A DNA stretch of 64,000 nucleotides from Eledone cirrhosa (lineage: Eukaryota), in assembly GCA_964016885.1 (NCBI GenBank), contig OZ024743.1, positions 60,512,001 through 60,576,000 on the forward strand. Direction: 5' to 3'. Under the pieces are notes generated by a model that worked only from the letters and a program-made list of their open reading frames with translations, was not told the origin of the DNA and searched no databases. Position numbers and translations under genes: made by a program. Position 1 is the first letter of the stretch, and each line of letters begins with the position of its first letter. Of this stretch, positions 42,021-59,024 are shown one piece after another.

Positions 42021-42492
42021 TAGAATATTAGTCTAACGACTCCATTTATACCATAAACTGGGTCTTGTCTTTGCATGAAATTGTTCCTCACGCTCCACAT
42101 ATCGACGTATTATCCTAGCCTTTTTTCCGTTCATTGCCAGGGAACGTCTTAACAAACCAAAACATCGTCTTCCTGTTTTCGTTCGGTTGCAACGTTTCTC
42201 GAAATATGTACTTCTGAGTTCATAGATTACTTTCAGTTCAATTTGAATGGGAAATTCCTGTTTCATCGATTTTCTCAGTAACCATGGAAGCTTGTAGCTT
42301 GAAAGTCGACCCAACGCCTCCTCGGTTCATTGTGCATAATTGTAAATTTTCGCCGCATTCCACCAAGTTGTTTCGACGTGTTTATCCGACTACACATACT
42401 TACTTAAATATACAAATTCTGACCACTTCCAATTTATATAGTAGATATATGTATATATATATATACATATAAATATGTATATATATATATAC

Positions 42493-42584
<92 letters not shown>

Positions 42585-43062
42585 GTATATATATATATAC
42601 ATATTTATATGTATATATATATATATATATACATATATCTACTATATAAATTGGAAGTGGTCAGAATTTGTATATTTAAGTAAGTATGTGTAGTCGGATA
42701 AACACGTCGAAACAACTTGGTGGAAGGCGGCGAAAATTTACAATTATGCATAATGAACCGAGGAGGCGTTGGGTCGACTTTCAAGCTACAAGCTTCCATG
42801 GTTACTGAGAAAATCGATGAAACAGGAATTTCCCATTCAAATTGAACTGAAAGTAATCTATGAACTCAGAAGTACATATTTCGAGAAACGTTGCAACCGA
42901 ACGAAAACAGGAAGACGATGTTTTGGTTTGTTAAGACGTTCCCTGGCAATGAACGGAAAAAAGGCTAGGATAATACGTCGATATGTGGAGCGTGAGGAAC
43001 AATTTCATGCAAAGACAAGACCCAGTTTATGGTATAAATGGAGTCGTTAGACTAATATTCTA
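42021..43062. repeat. Near-perfect ~1-kb inverted duplication centred on (TA)n
   Basis: Arms 42021-~42500 / ~42575-43062; identical 93-aa ORFs on opposite strands; related sequence at 49840-50163. Confidence 0.95.
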
Positions 43063-43079
43063 TATATATATATATATAT

Positions 43080-43275
43080 AACAAAGGAATTGTGGTAAGG
43101 AACCAGATGGACCATAACGCACGAGAGTACACAATACTTAGGGTAGTAGAGTGGGAAATAGGAAAAAGTATGACCTCGACGGCAGTGCTCAAGCCGTTTC
43201 GATGGATTTTTCTGGACAGAAATAGCCGTCGAAATGGCTTGAGCTCTGCCGTCGGGGTCATACTTTTTCCTATCT
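43080..43275. mobile_element. Fold-back PLE-type terminus (family B)
   Basis: Arms ~43158-43213 / 43216-43273; GAAA-tggcttgagctctgccg-TC-ggggtc. Confidence 0.78.
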
Positions 43276-43295
43276 ACATATATATACATATATAT

Positions 43296-43361
<66 letters not shown>

Positions 43362-43365
<4 letters not shown>

Positions 43366-43931
43366 TTCGTTTCTGAACTTGCTGAATTTGTTTAGCAAGA
43401 TTCTTTATCTGAAATCGTGTGTTGAAACCGATATTGTTATACTTTGGGAGGGTCATGTTGCCAATAAGAAACACACGCACCAGTTGCTTTCACTTCAATT
43501 TATTATAATAAATTTATAATAAATTGATAAATTTATAAATTTCTGGTTGGTTGGTTGGTTCCACAACCAGATAGTTGTTTATATATTGTCATAGTTCTCT
43601 CGTCACACACTCTGTGACCTCTTCAGACACCCGGATGTGGCGCATGCGCAGACTGAACACACAACACACACACAGAAACAAAATGGCGTAGGACAGAACA
43701 AAGGAGAGGCACAGAAACAAAGAAAGGAATCCCCAGTCACTGAAGAGGTCACAGAGTGTGTGACGAAAGAACTATGACAATATATAAACAACTATCTGGT
43801 TGTGGAACCAACCAACCAACCAGAAATTTATAAATTTATGAATTTATTATAAATTTATTATAATAAATTGAAGTGAAAGCAACTGGTGCGTGTGTTTCTT
43901 ATTGGCAACATGACCCTCCCAAAGTATAACA

Positions 43932-43935
<4 letters not shown>
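43362..43935. mobile_element. Fold-back PLE-type terminus (family E)
   Basis: Arms 43431-43626 / 43740-43934; tail shared with 46570-46650 and 61477-61625. Confidence 0.85.
43736..43778 (+). ncRNA. Minimal type I hammerhead ribozyme
   Basis: gtca-CTGAAGA-ggtcaca gagtg tgtgac-GAAA-gaac-TA-tgac; the mirror copy has GAGA. Confidence 0.72.
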
Positions 43936-43962
<27 letters not shown>

Positions 43963-44094
43963 AATATATATACATATATATATATATATAAATATATATA
44001 CATATATATATAAATATATATATACATATATATATATGAATATATATATATATAAATATATATATATATGTTTATATATATATGTATATATATT

Positions 44095-44132
<38 letters not shown>

Positions 44133-44171
44133 AATATATATACATATATATATAAATATATATATTCATAT

Positions 44172-45977
44172 ATAACTTTGATAACTTTGATAACTTTGAT
44201 AGGTTTCGGCCAGTATTGGCCCAGGCCATGTTTAACTTAATAGCACCACCTAGCAAAGTCTTACAAATCAGTGTTTGGGCACCATGGCCCACTCGAGCAG
44301 AGAGTTATTGTTTACGGAGGCATATCCGGGTGTAGGAGGCTTATCCGGGATTTCTTGAAGGAATTTATCCGAAGACTTCTTGAAATTGATGGGGTCTGTC
44401 TCTGCTTTGATGTGTTTTGGTGTAATATTAAAGAGTGCAGGACCAATTGAGGTGAAATAATTGTGCCGAATTGTTATGTGATGCGAGTGTGATTTTTGTC
44501 GTGGGCGGATAGCACGGGGCCCAAGCCTTGGGTGTACACTAAGCATCATTTGGGCTAAGCTGATGGAATATTTTCCACATCATACAGATAATTTAGCGCT
44601 CACGGCGACGTTGAAGAGAATAAAGTTTGCGCTTTTCTAATCGACCCCAATAGTCAAGGCCTGTCATGCCAACTATCTTTTTTGTAATTGACCTTTGGGG
44701 TGCTTCAACTTTCATGATACTTTGTTTCGTGTGGGGTGACCACAGTGGACAACAGTATTCAAGGTGGGGTCGGGCAAATGTGGAGAAGAGAAGGACAACA
44801 GTGTGGATATCTCGACTGGAAAGGTCTGAGAATCCAGGAACACATTCTGCGGGCCATATAAACTTTGCTGTTTATATGGGTGGCCCAGCTTATATTATTG
44901 TCCACAATTACTCCCAGGTCTCTGATGTTATTGGCGGCCACTAGAGTTTCAGCCGAAGGAAGAGAGTATGGTAGTGGATTAGTTCAAATTTATCCTCATT
45001 CAACAGCATATTATTCATCTCTGCCCATTGGATAACAGCCAGTAGGTCTGACTGAAGGCAAGTCCGGTCACCCACCTCATTGATGACCCTTTGGAGCTTG
45101 GAATCATCTGCGAAGATTCTGATGTTGCTGTGTTTGATGATGTCAGTAATGTCATTAATGTAGATGATGAAAAGAAGTGGACCGAACACAGTGCCTTGTG
45201 GGCGCCACTGCTGACTTTGGCAGGGCTTGATTTTACTCATTCGACTACAACATGCTGGGTTCTGCCTGTCAGGAAACATTTGATCCACTGTAGTAACCTT
45301 CCAGAGATACCAACATTGGATAGTTTTTTCAGTAGAATCTTATAATCAACCATGTCGAAGGCCTTGATGAAATCAAGGTAGATTACATCAGTGTTGGAGC
45401 CCTCTCTCAAAGCGCTCAAAACATCGTCAAAGTGATGCAGGAGCTGCATTAGGTAGTCCCTTCCATTACGGAACCCATGTTGGTTGGAGTTCAGCAGGCC
45501 GTTGCTTTCAAGAAAGTGGGTTATTCGTGATCTCACTACCCTCTCAAATACTTTGATAATATGAGAGGTGAGTAAGATGGGAGGGTAGTTCATTGCAAGG
45601 GACTTATTTCCCTTTTTGAAGACTGGGACAACGGACTGGGATAGAAAGTTTTCAGGAATATAGCCAGTATCCAGTGAGTTCCTCCACAGATTAGCAAGAG
45701 GAGTTGCAAGTTGGTGTCGACACACCTTCAGGACAAAAGTAGGGAACCTGTCAGGGCCTACTGCTGAATTGTGTTTAATTTCGTTTATTGCCGCTAAGAC
45801 ATCAGGGGCACCACACGTTAAGTCTGATATAGTGTGTTGGGGGTTAACATCACTGATACGGCCCAGATCGGCCATATCAGAATTGCTGAAAACAGAACAG
45901 TATTGTTTCTGCAGTATCTCGCCCATGGTTTTGGCATTGTCCTGGAGTGTGCCATTTTCATCAACTAGGGGGCCAAC
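44172..45977 (-). mobile_element. CR1-group LINE, 5'-truncated, frameshifted RT
   Basis: GPDRFP, NQHGFR, IYLDFIKAFDMVD, PQGTVFGPLLF, FADDSKL, IRDLGVI; 3' tail (tatcaaagt)x3. Confidence 0.9.
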
Positions 45978-46033
45978 ATATATATAAATATATATACATA
46001 TATATATATATAAATACATATATATACAAAATA

Positions 46034-46115
<82 letters not shown>

Positions 46116-46118
<3 letters not shown>

Positions 46119-46558
46119 GATATTAAGAAATGGAAACTATATTTATAAAACCATATTTATTTCATTATACATAATTCAAGGACACCAAGTTAAATTATGG
46201 TGTGCTTTCATCAGATAAAATATAATATAGAGCAGTTTTTAAATAAATATTGACGTACCCTTAGAATGCAACCATTACTGTTGGAAGCTCCGGGATAGCT
46301 TCCAACAGTAATGGTTGCATTCTAAGGGTATGTCAATATTTATTTATAAAACTGCTCTATATTATATTTTATTCGATGAAAGCGCACCATAATTTAACTT
46401 GGTGTCCTTGAATTATGTATAATGAAATAAATATGGTTTTATAAATATAGTTTCCATTTGTTAATATCGTATTTTTACTCCAAATATTTGTTGAGTGCTT
46501 TATATCAGTTATAAAAATATTTGCTTATTGTATCCCAACAATTTAAATATAAATTTTA
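46116..46558. mobile_element. Fold-back PLE terminus (family A) with decayed HHRs
   Basis: Arms meet at ttggaagct ccgggat agcttccaa (~46293); minus 46160-46220 has CTGATGA..GAAT. Confidence 0.85.
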
Positions 46559-46569
46559 CATATATATAT

Positions 46570-47600
46570 ATATATATAGTTTTGCGAGGTATTTTGATAT
46601 GAAATCGTGTGTCGAAACAAATATTGTTATACTTGGGGAGGGTCATATTTGTGTAATAATATTGACAGAATTAATAACAGAACACACTCAGTGTTTGGTT
46701 GGTTTTCGCTGCTGTGTCTTTTATATCGGTTAATTTAATTTATTCGGTGCTCAATGTTACCATTGACTGACCAACTGTCAAAAATACAGTTATAATATAG
46801 AAACAAACACATATATATATAGTCTAACAAAGTTCTTTCTTTGCACATCTGCAACATCGCCAGTGGTGCTATTATGTTTCCTCCCGTTGTATTTTATGCC
46901 TATTTTATGCCATCTTTATTTAGTCTGTTTATTTATTTGTTTGTTTGTTTTGTTTTTTTTTTTGTCTTCTCTGCGCATGGGTTTGCGTGTGTGTATAGTG
47001 TTTTGTTTGATGCGTGTTCGTGTTTGGGTGACTGTGTATTGGTTATTGTATTCTATCTTAGTTTACTAGTGTGTGTTTATATGTGTTTGTTGTTATTGTG
47101 CTTGTGTATGTATTTATTTATTTATTTATACTTCTCTTAGGTCAGTGTTGTTTGTTTGGGTGTTGTTGTTATTCCATTCATTTTTTCTGTTTAGCCTTGG
47201 CCTTCTAAGTTCTATTTCGCTGGCCTCTCTGATTTGCCTATCTGCTGGGTCATTTCTATGTTTAGATATTATTCTAATTTCTATGTTGTCTATGTTACCG
47301 TCGTGTTGTTGTCTGGCATGTTCGTATAGTACTGAACCGTTTCTTCGTCCTTTTAGTTTCCCCCAGTGTTGTCTATCCTTTCACCTATGCTACGAGCTGT
47401 CTCGCCTATGTATGTTGTTGTCATATTTCTGCAAGTACACTCTGTACATCTCATGCTATAGACTACGTTTCTAGTTATATAGTTTATCCGGGGGTTTACT
47501 TTACATATAATACATTTCCTATTAGTACAGTGGGTTTTCTTAAAAGGGTAGGTTTTGCTAATCAGGGATTTTATGGTGGTTCCTGACTTTTCTACCACCG
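46570..47600 (-). mobile_element. PLE remnant (GIY-YIG, UTR, decayed HHR at 46826-46867)
   Basis: CTNRKCIIC..NVVYSMRCTEC..YIGETARSIGERI; CTGGCGA-tgttgca gatg tgcaaa-GAAA-gaac-TT. Confidence 0.75.
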
Positions 47601-47810
47601 TGATATTATGGGGTGACCTCAGCTGGGAGCAGCAGTCCAGGCGGCTGAGGACAAATGTCCTCCATAGTGTCAATATGGTCTCTCGGTCTATTGTCCGGAA
47701 AATCTTCAAGATCTGGTCCGCTAGTCGCCTGCATATTGTCGCCACACTCATAATGTGTGAAGAAAAAGATGTGTCATCGCTCATGTCTACCCCCATGTCT
47801 CGTATCGATT
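47600..47810 (-). mobile_element. CR1-group LINE fragment
   Basis: IRDMGVDMSDDTSFSSHI..LWRTFVLSRLDCCSQLRSPH. Confidence 0.8.
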
Positions 47811-47855
47811 TCGACATGGGAATTTCGAGATCCCTCCTGCTTGGGTGTAGTATTG

Positions 47856-47912
<57 letters not shown>

Positions 47913-48064
47913 AGAACTGCAGTTCTGTTTACAAGCCAACACAAGAGCAAGTATGATGGGCTCATTCTACTGACATGGCTTAAAAGAGGGTGTTTGTATA
48001 ATTGCAAACGAATCGGATATTATTATTATTATTCGAAAAGCTCAGATTAGATTCATTGTATTCA

Positions 48065-48345
48065 GCAATGTAGAGCGATAACATTGTGTCAGCTCAAAAG
48101 TGACACAGAGAAGACTGAGGTTATCTGGACATGCTCACCGACATCCAGATTTGACACTGCACTCAGTCCTCCTGTGGGAGCCCATGCATGGACACACTGG
48201 AAAAGGAAGACCAAGGTTAACGTATGTTGATGCCCTAAGGACAGACACTGGTTTGCTGGAGACCCAGGACATGGTAGCGATAATGAGGGACAGAAACCGC
48301 TGGAGAGAACTCGTCCATCGATCTCGCAAATTTTACCCGCCCTAG
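48065..48345 (+). mobile_element. RTE-type LINE 3' fragment
   Basis: RRLRLSGHAHRH..LLWEPMHG..GRPRLTYVD..RNRWRELV. Confidence 0.8.
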
Positions 48346-48351
48346 ATATAT

Positions 48352-48408
<57 letters not shown>

Positions 48409-48420
48409 CACACATACATA

Positions 48421-48521
48421 CAGGTTGTCCTAAAACAATGTATATGCACTTTAACAGCAGTCTAATAGATATTGCTTGTACAGCTAATCAAAATGTGTAT
48501 ACATTTTGGGGGAACACTCTG
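48421..48521. mobile_element. Mariner-type MITE (101 bp)
   Basis: TA|caggttgtcctaaaacaatgtata ... tatacattttgggggaacactctg|TA. Confidence 0.65.
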
Positions 48522-49438
48522 TATATATATGAATTAGAATTTGAAATTAGACAGGCCACACATTTCCTATCTGGTGACAGCAGAATAATAAAATCCAGTT
48601 CGTCGTCTATAGTGCTATTTATACTGTAGACAAGCGGGATTGTGTAGATTTGGATATTTATTAATTCCTTGTGTTAACCTTATCACAAACATATTCTGTG
48701 ACTTGTAATCTATCATCTTTAATATTAATGCACCGATGGAAATATACCCAGATCAATATAATGATTTCGATTTTTTGCACAATGCTATTAAAATTATGAC
48801 AAGGGTAAGCTGATAAAATCGATTCTAGTACTTGACAGGGTACTATATTTTATCAACAGCGGAAAGATAAATGACAAAGAAATCTCCTGTGGTCTTTGAA
48901 CTCAGAAGGTAAAGTGCTGAAAGAAATACAGCGAAGAATTTGTTGGATGTTGTAATGTTCGTGATCGATCCATAGTACTAATAAGATAAATATAATACAA
49001 GTAATTCCTCGTATAGCTCCTTCATGCAGTGCCGTTGAAATGTCTCGGTATTTGGTGTGGTACGTAGTGCACTCTCAGTTTAGATCACGTTGTTGTCAAC
49101 TCTGCCTTTCATCTTTTCATGCCTCCCTCCCCTACAGATATATATATGTGAAGTTGTGCATTCGATTCCTGGGTAGAGCTATTTCATTCTGCTCCAGTTA
49201 ACTCAGCTGTAGAAATGGGTTGTGATGTCACTGGTGTCAACATGGGTAACGGGGAGAGGAGAGACTGGTATGCATGGGTGCCTGTTGGATATCCACAACC
49301 AGCCTTGCCCGGATATTCTACGTGCAAATCCCATGGTTACTCAAGACCGAATGGTGTCTCTATCCTCTTTATATAGACACACACACACACACATATATAT
49401 ATACATATATATATATATATACACATATATATATATAC

Positions 49439-49553
<115 letters not shown>

Positions 49554-49554
49554 A

Positions 49555-49749
<195 letters not shown>

Positions 49750-49760
49750 TAACAGATTAA

Positions 49761-49811
49761 AGTTTAAGCAAAGAATCGCTGCTTTCACCCTTAACGGGAT
49801 CTTCTGAAACT
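49761..49811 (-). ncRNA. Decayed hammerhead (family D)
   Basis: agttt-CAGAAGA-tccc gttaa gggt-GAAA-gca..tgc-TT-aaact; same 3' half at 60711-60742. Confidence 0.6.
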
Positions 49812-50164
49812 AACAAAGTCAATCTGTAAACGCAGAACTGGATATTTCAAAAAACGTTGCAACCGGAGGAAGACAAGAAGACGATACTTTGGTTCATGGT
49901 GACGTTCGCTGGCAAAGAACGGGAAAAAACGAATAATACGTCATTAATAGGAGCGGTGAAAAACAATTACGTGCAAGGACAGAACCACGTTTATGGTATA
50001 AAAGAGGTCGTAGACTAATGTTCTCTAAGTGGTGCATAGAGACGTTCTCTGGCAATGAACGAAAAAACGAAGATAATAAGTCATATGTGGACCGTGGAGA
50101 ACAATAGCGTGCAAAGACAAAACCACGTAAATGGTATAGCAGAAGTCGTAGACTAAAATTCTAA

Positions 50165-52215
50165 CTAGGAGACCGAATGAATCTCCGCTACAGAGTTAAG
50201 AACAAAGTAAATAAATACAATACAGAAGTAATAGGAACAAATAAATACATACACGCAAACAGATACGTACATACACAAGCATACGCAAAACCTTACCATA
50301 GGTATACAAAACCACGCACATATAAATATGTGTATGTGTGTATGCTTGTGTACAAATAAATAAATAATTATATAAACGTATATAAGTAAATAAATACGTA
50401 TATAACAAGCGCACACACATACCTACAAATCAATACATGAAGGTTCGGAGACGTAAGTCAACTAAAACAAGAAGTACACATATACACACACCCACCATAC
50501 GTACGAACCTGCATACTCCCGCAGACGCAAAACTCCCATATACACATAACCAAGCCCTAAATACCAGAATATGTAAAAATTATACGCCAAAACAGTCAAA
50601 TATACGTACGAGAAGGTATACATACCTTCACAAAACATACGGGTAATATATACTTACCTATGCAAAAAGTAAAGTAATAAACAAAACATATACTTAGCTC
50701 CCACATCAAGACGTAAATATCCACGTATAGATCGTGCTATCCGTTAGGGTATAACGTAGGGCTGTAATACAGGAAAGTTTTGTGCAATTTATGTTTACAA
50801 GCCGAAATTGCCTCAGATTTTTTGTTTAAGATGTGGTCTGTGGCGTAGAGTATTTCCAGGGCCTCAGCGGCGCAGAGGTCACATGGTCTTTTATTTCCGT
50901 TATACGATCTAGCCCTAGCTAGGATCTCCCATTGTAACTTATATTGGGTGTGGTTGTCTTTTAGGCTCCAGATATAAGCTGAAAGTGACGTCATATTCCT
51001 TCTTAGAGGGTAACGAAAAGAATGGGTATGCATGTAAAGACGCTGCTTGAAACTATTGGCGGTTAACCCTATGTAGGCCCTACGGGACGTGGGTGTTACA
51101 ACCTTACATTTGTAGACAATGTTACTAGAGAGGCATTTCCCGGATAGGGGACAATCAGCCCGATTCCTACAATTACAGTTAGTACTAACTACAGGGTTGC
51201 ACGTGTTCCTACGGCTAGGTATTTTAGCTAAATTTGAAGCTGTGATGTTATGTGCAAGGTTAGGAGTCGTTGAGTAAGAAATTTTAATAGTGTTTCTATT
51301 AAAAATTTTACTATATTTATGTGTAGGGGGAAAATGCTTCGTAATAAGTGAAAGAAAGATCTTAGCTAATGGTGTGGCCACCTCCATATTATATGGTGGG
51401 TTAAACCAACAAATGCGACGGGATCTATTTCTTCTAGGTCTATTCTCGTACTCTGTATATGCTACCTTATCCACCCACTTCGAGCAAGAGCTTCATTGTA
51501 ATAAGTGGAATGGTCGTTGAAAATGCGCTCGTTGGTGGAAAGACGGGAAAGCCTCAACGAAACGTGTTTTACCATGTTATTGGTTATACTGGCAGGATGG
51601 TTGGAATGCTTACTTATGTAATTAAGCGTATCATTCGGCTTTCTATACGGGTAATGCAACCCATTCAATAAATTGAGGGTAACGTCGAGGTAATTAACGA
51701 CCGAGAGATTGGCCTCAACCTGTATAGAGAGGTTGAAGCCTTTAAAGAAGGCTGTGAGTTATTTTCTGAATCTGTCGCAAGCACGAGGTCCGCACTTAGT
51801 CATGGTCAAAAGGCCATCGTCACGGTACAAACCACCGCCCGCGTTAGGGAATTCGTCCTTGATAGAGAAAAGAAGGAAAAGGCCAATAAGATCAGTAACT
51901 TCCGCAGAGTCACTGGCGCCCATACTCACGTCGAATGGGGTACTATTGGATTTTTTAATCCAAATAGAATCGTCGAAATTAATCACCGACTTTCGGGCAT
52001 TAAGGATGACATCAACTTCGAAATCCTTAACCACTGTGAGTGTTTTAGCGAAATTGATAGCTCTAAGGAGAAGTGGTAAAGTGATGGAGGAGTAGTAATT
52101 GTTGATGTCGAATTGGATAAAACGGCAATGTTCCTTGTTACATATGCCGTTGAACCAATCAATCACCGCGAAAGAATTGTTCCACAGTGCGAGAGGGGCC
52201 AAATTTCTAATTTCA
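50165..52215 (-). mobile_element. PLE with RT, linker and C-terminal GIY-YIG (5'-truncated, frameshifted)
   Basis: [73 protein letters not shown]. Confidence 0.93.
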
Positions 52216-52234
52216 TATATATATATATATATAT

Positions 52235-53059
<825 letters not shown>

Positions 53060-53066
53060 CATATAC

Positions 53067-53203
<137 letters not shown>

Positions 53204-53207
53204 CTTA

Positions 53208-53243
<36 letters not shown>

Positions 53244-53249
53244 CTTATA

Positions 53250-53321
<72 letters not shown>

Positions 53322-53363
53322 CATATATATATACATATATATATATATATACATATATATATA

Positions 53364-55630
<2,267 letters not shown>

Positions 55631-55641
55631 CACATATATAT

Positions 55642-55681
<40 letters not shown>

Positions 55682-55684
<3 letters not shown>

Positions 55685-55900
55685 TATGAGAATCTCGCTA
55701 CGGAATTTTTATAAGTTGTGATGTCACAGCTATCACAGCAGCGGTGGGGATACCAGGTAGCTATTTTAGGATTTTTATCCATCCGCCATCAGTGGTAGTT
55801 ACCTACCCGCTACTAAGACAATATCTTACTGCTACAAACATAGCTGTGACATGATCACGGCTTATAAAACAATTCATAAAGGGACTCTCGTATGTTTATT
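55682..55900. mobile_element. Old fold-back insertion with HHR relic (55751-55797, minus)
   Basis: ttttataagttgtgatgtcacagctat mirrored at ~55840-55869; tacca-CTGATGG-cggat..atcct-AAAA-tagcta-CC-tggta. Confidence 0.55.
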
Positions 55901-57147
55901 ATACATAAATATATCATACAGGTTTTCATATGGAGCTCTATGAAGAACCACGCTATGTTAGTGCCACCTCAAATTATTTTTAATTAAATAATTGAATTTA
56001 ATTGATGTTCGGTGTGGGGCGTGAGGAATATGTGTTGCGGTGGTGGAAGGTGCAACGAGAGAGGCTGATTACTACTACTACAAGTACTACTATTACTAAT
56101 ACTACTACTATAACCACGATAACAACAACCACATCAACAATAATAGCCCGCTGGTACTAGGAGTTATTTTCCGCGTGCAGCAATTCTTATTCAGGCTTTC
56201 GGTATAATGTTCAGTGTGTGGGTGTGCTCGTGTGTGTGGGAGAGTTTGAGTGTGTGTGCTTGTCTAGAAAGGTCTCAATTTGAGAACAAATATTTAGTTT
56301 CATGCTTGGACCTCATAATAATCTCCGATTTCCGGTTAATTTCAATTAAATTGATTATTTTTATATATTCGTCTATACACAGGCCGAAATTTCGGTGTTC
56401 TGTTGGATAGGGAAATGCAGGCCTGACTATAGATCATTTCGTTCTAAAATAAACTTCCTTATCTCTGTGTTACAAAATCCCCAAAACTAGTTTGAGATTA
56501 TGCGTTTTTATTCTTAAATCAACTGACTTGTTTGTAGTATCTACACTTAGACATCGTGACGGTTGCTTCTATGAATACGTAATGCCTGGTATTGGTGGTC
56601 ACGGTCCATTTATAAACGATGTACAACGTTAGGCAGTTGCTCTGCAGAGGACATACAGGTGGAGAACTGCAGCTGCACGTTCTGCTCATTGGGTGAACAG
56701 GGAGTTTGGTTATTTTTCTACTGTTATCTCTGGCATTTGTCCCTTGGGTGGGGCTCTTTGCGTTCGTCTGTTAAATCGGGTGTGGGTCATGTTGGTTACA
56801 CAAAGAGTGTTTTGGATTTGTTATATTCTTGAGTTACATATTATTAATGAATGATGTGGTAGTAAATGAGATTTTAATGGTATGTCTATTAAATAGCTTG
56901 TGGTATTAATCCGACAGAGGGAGGCATTTGTCCAGAGCCATGAAAATAATTACACATTTGTTTGTTTGGTCGTGCCTAATGTATGGCACATTAAACACAC
57001 TTTATATTACGTCGATAACAAACAGACATCTGTGTTAATACACACATTTAAAAATGAATATCTAATTAACGTAATAGCATAGAATGTTCCAAGAGGGTCC
57101 ACCCACAGTAGCATTTTATTACTAACCAACGTGCTATACATACAAAC

Positions 57148-57195
<48 letters not shown>

Positions 57196-57209
57196 ATATA
57201 TATATATAT

Positions 57210-57345
57210 ATAGGAAAATGTTAGACCCTGACCGTAGAGCTCAAGCCATTTCGACGGGTATTTCTGGACCAGAAATAGCCGTCAAAACGGCTTGAGCTCT
57301 GCCGTCGGGGTCTAACATTTTCCTATTACCCATTACCACATCTCC
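57210..57345. mobile_element. Fold-back PLE-type terminus (family B)
   Basis: Arms 57210-57266 / 57270-57326 centred on tatttctg gac cagaaata. Confidence 0.8.
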
Positions 57346-57354
57346 TTCGTTATA

Positions 57355-57792
57355 TAAGTGTAAGTATGTATGTATACGCACATATATATATATGTATACA
57401 GACGTACAGTACTATGTATATATATATACATACATGCACACATATATATATGTACGTATGGGTTTACCGAACATTTATTACAATGTTCAGTTTGTTTGTA
57501 AACAAACAGCCCGAATTACGCCGCACAGTGTTCAGGCAACCATCGTCGCCTTTTTGTTAAACACTGACACAGGAACGATGTACTAGTTTCAAGCTTATTA
57601 GCTATCGTCAGCATCGTATACCTTCCTGTCAGATGACTAAACGTCTGAAAGTATATACTTTCCCTATGCATATTAATGGCTGAGCATATATGTAAACATA
57701 TATGTATGTGCGTATACATACATACTTACACTTAAGTATCAGCCGTACTAAGAGTGAGAAATGAAATTTCGTTTCATTCTTTTCCATCTTCG

Positions 57793-57795
<3 letters not shown>
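57355..57795 (-). mobile_element. Second family C element with inverted arm
   Basis: Homologous to 31806-32095; 57690-57790 matches 32515-32600. Confidence 0.85.
57575..57617 (-). ncRNA. Minimal type I hammerhead ribozyme
   Basis: acgatg-CTGACGA-tagct aata agctt-GAAA-ctag-TA-catcgt. Confidence 0.85.
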
Positions 57796-57862
<67 letters not shown>

Positions 57863-57960
57863 TAGGAATCTAAACCTCTAATAGCGTTTTAATTGATTTA
57901 CTAAAGTTATTCATAGCGATCGACTGATCTTACGATTGTTTTCTGTGTTTGGATTCTCAC

Positions 57961-58040
57961 AAGGCTTGTAGAGTGAATACCTTCAATTAACTGTATTGTC
58001 CTCTCAGTTTGACGACAACTCTCTTTAAAACTGTTCAAAT
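57961..58040 (-). CDS. Candidate 80-nt host exon
   Basis: Pyrimidine tract then ctag acceptor, donor |gtgaga; only one open frame, (D)LNSFKESCRQTERTIQLIEGIHSTSL. Confidence 0.4.
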
Positions 58041-59024
58041 CTAGAAAAAAGAAGCAAGGGAGATAACTCCCCATTATCAGATGAACTACATTCTTTGGTG
58101 AAAGTAACGCATATGTTACAAACTTGTTTGCTTGATTTAAACAACAACAAAGACAGCAGCAGTAGCAGCAGCAACAAAACAACGACGACAACAACAACGA
58201 CAACAACAAAAACAAAAACAACAAGGAGGAGGAAAGATTTGCAGTACACATTATCCATTGTAAGAGACAGCTGTTGTGATATTTGGTATTGGTGAATGTG
58301 TTAGACTAGAGGAATCGATTGAAAATAAAACTATTTCTCTAAGCTATGACATGAAAGGTGAGGTACGGATGATGTGTGAGATATATAGAAATAATGGATG
58401 TAATAGAAATACTGATAGAGGAGTTGCACAGAACAAACTGAGACATTGAGATGGAGAGGGAGAGGGATAAGATAGAGGGAGAGAGGGTAGAGGAAGGAAG
58501 ATGTGATTTGAGAAAGCGTTCACCGAAGGAATGATGAAGGAGGGACAGGAAAGAAAGTGCAGCGTAGAGAATGGTTTTGAGGTTAAAACAACATATAGAC
58601 ACACACATACACACACTTACTTAAATACATAAATATATACACACACATATATATACATTGACACTTTAGACACACACAGATACAGGCACACTCCAAACAC
58701 ACACACGCACATATATATATATATATATACACGCATAAACATACATATAGAAACACGCACATACTCATAATACACACCCACTCCTACATACAGACATAGG
58801 CACTTATACACACATATACATCCATATACTGTGACGATGCTGTTTCCGTAGCGATGTCTCACTGCTGTCTTTAGAAATGTCATCTTTGACCAAATTTGAG
58901 CAATAGTAATTCCCTCACTATCGATCGTCTGACTTTCCATCCCAACATTTTTAAGATAACACCGACATGGCAGCATTTCTTAACCCTGTCAATAGAACTG
59001 AAGTTTGCCGACCGCAACCATAGT

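Noticed and set aside
42033-43050. Two identical 93-aa ORFs on opposite strands
   Set aside because: Product of the inverted duplication; no start context or recognisable domain.
47353-47817. ORF joining a CR1-type RT tail to a GIY-YIG domain, suggesting a new chimeric retroelement
   Set aside because: Best explained as a chance in-frame junction at ~47600 of two decayed elements; only further copies with the same junction would rescue it.
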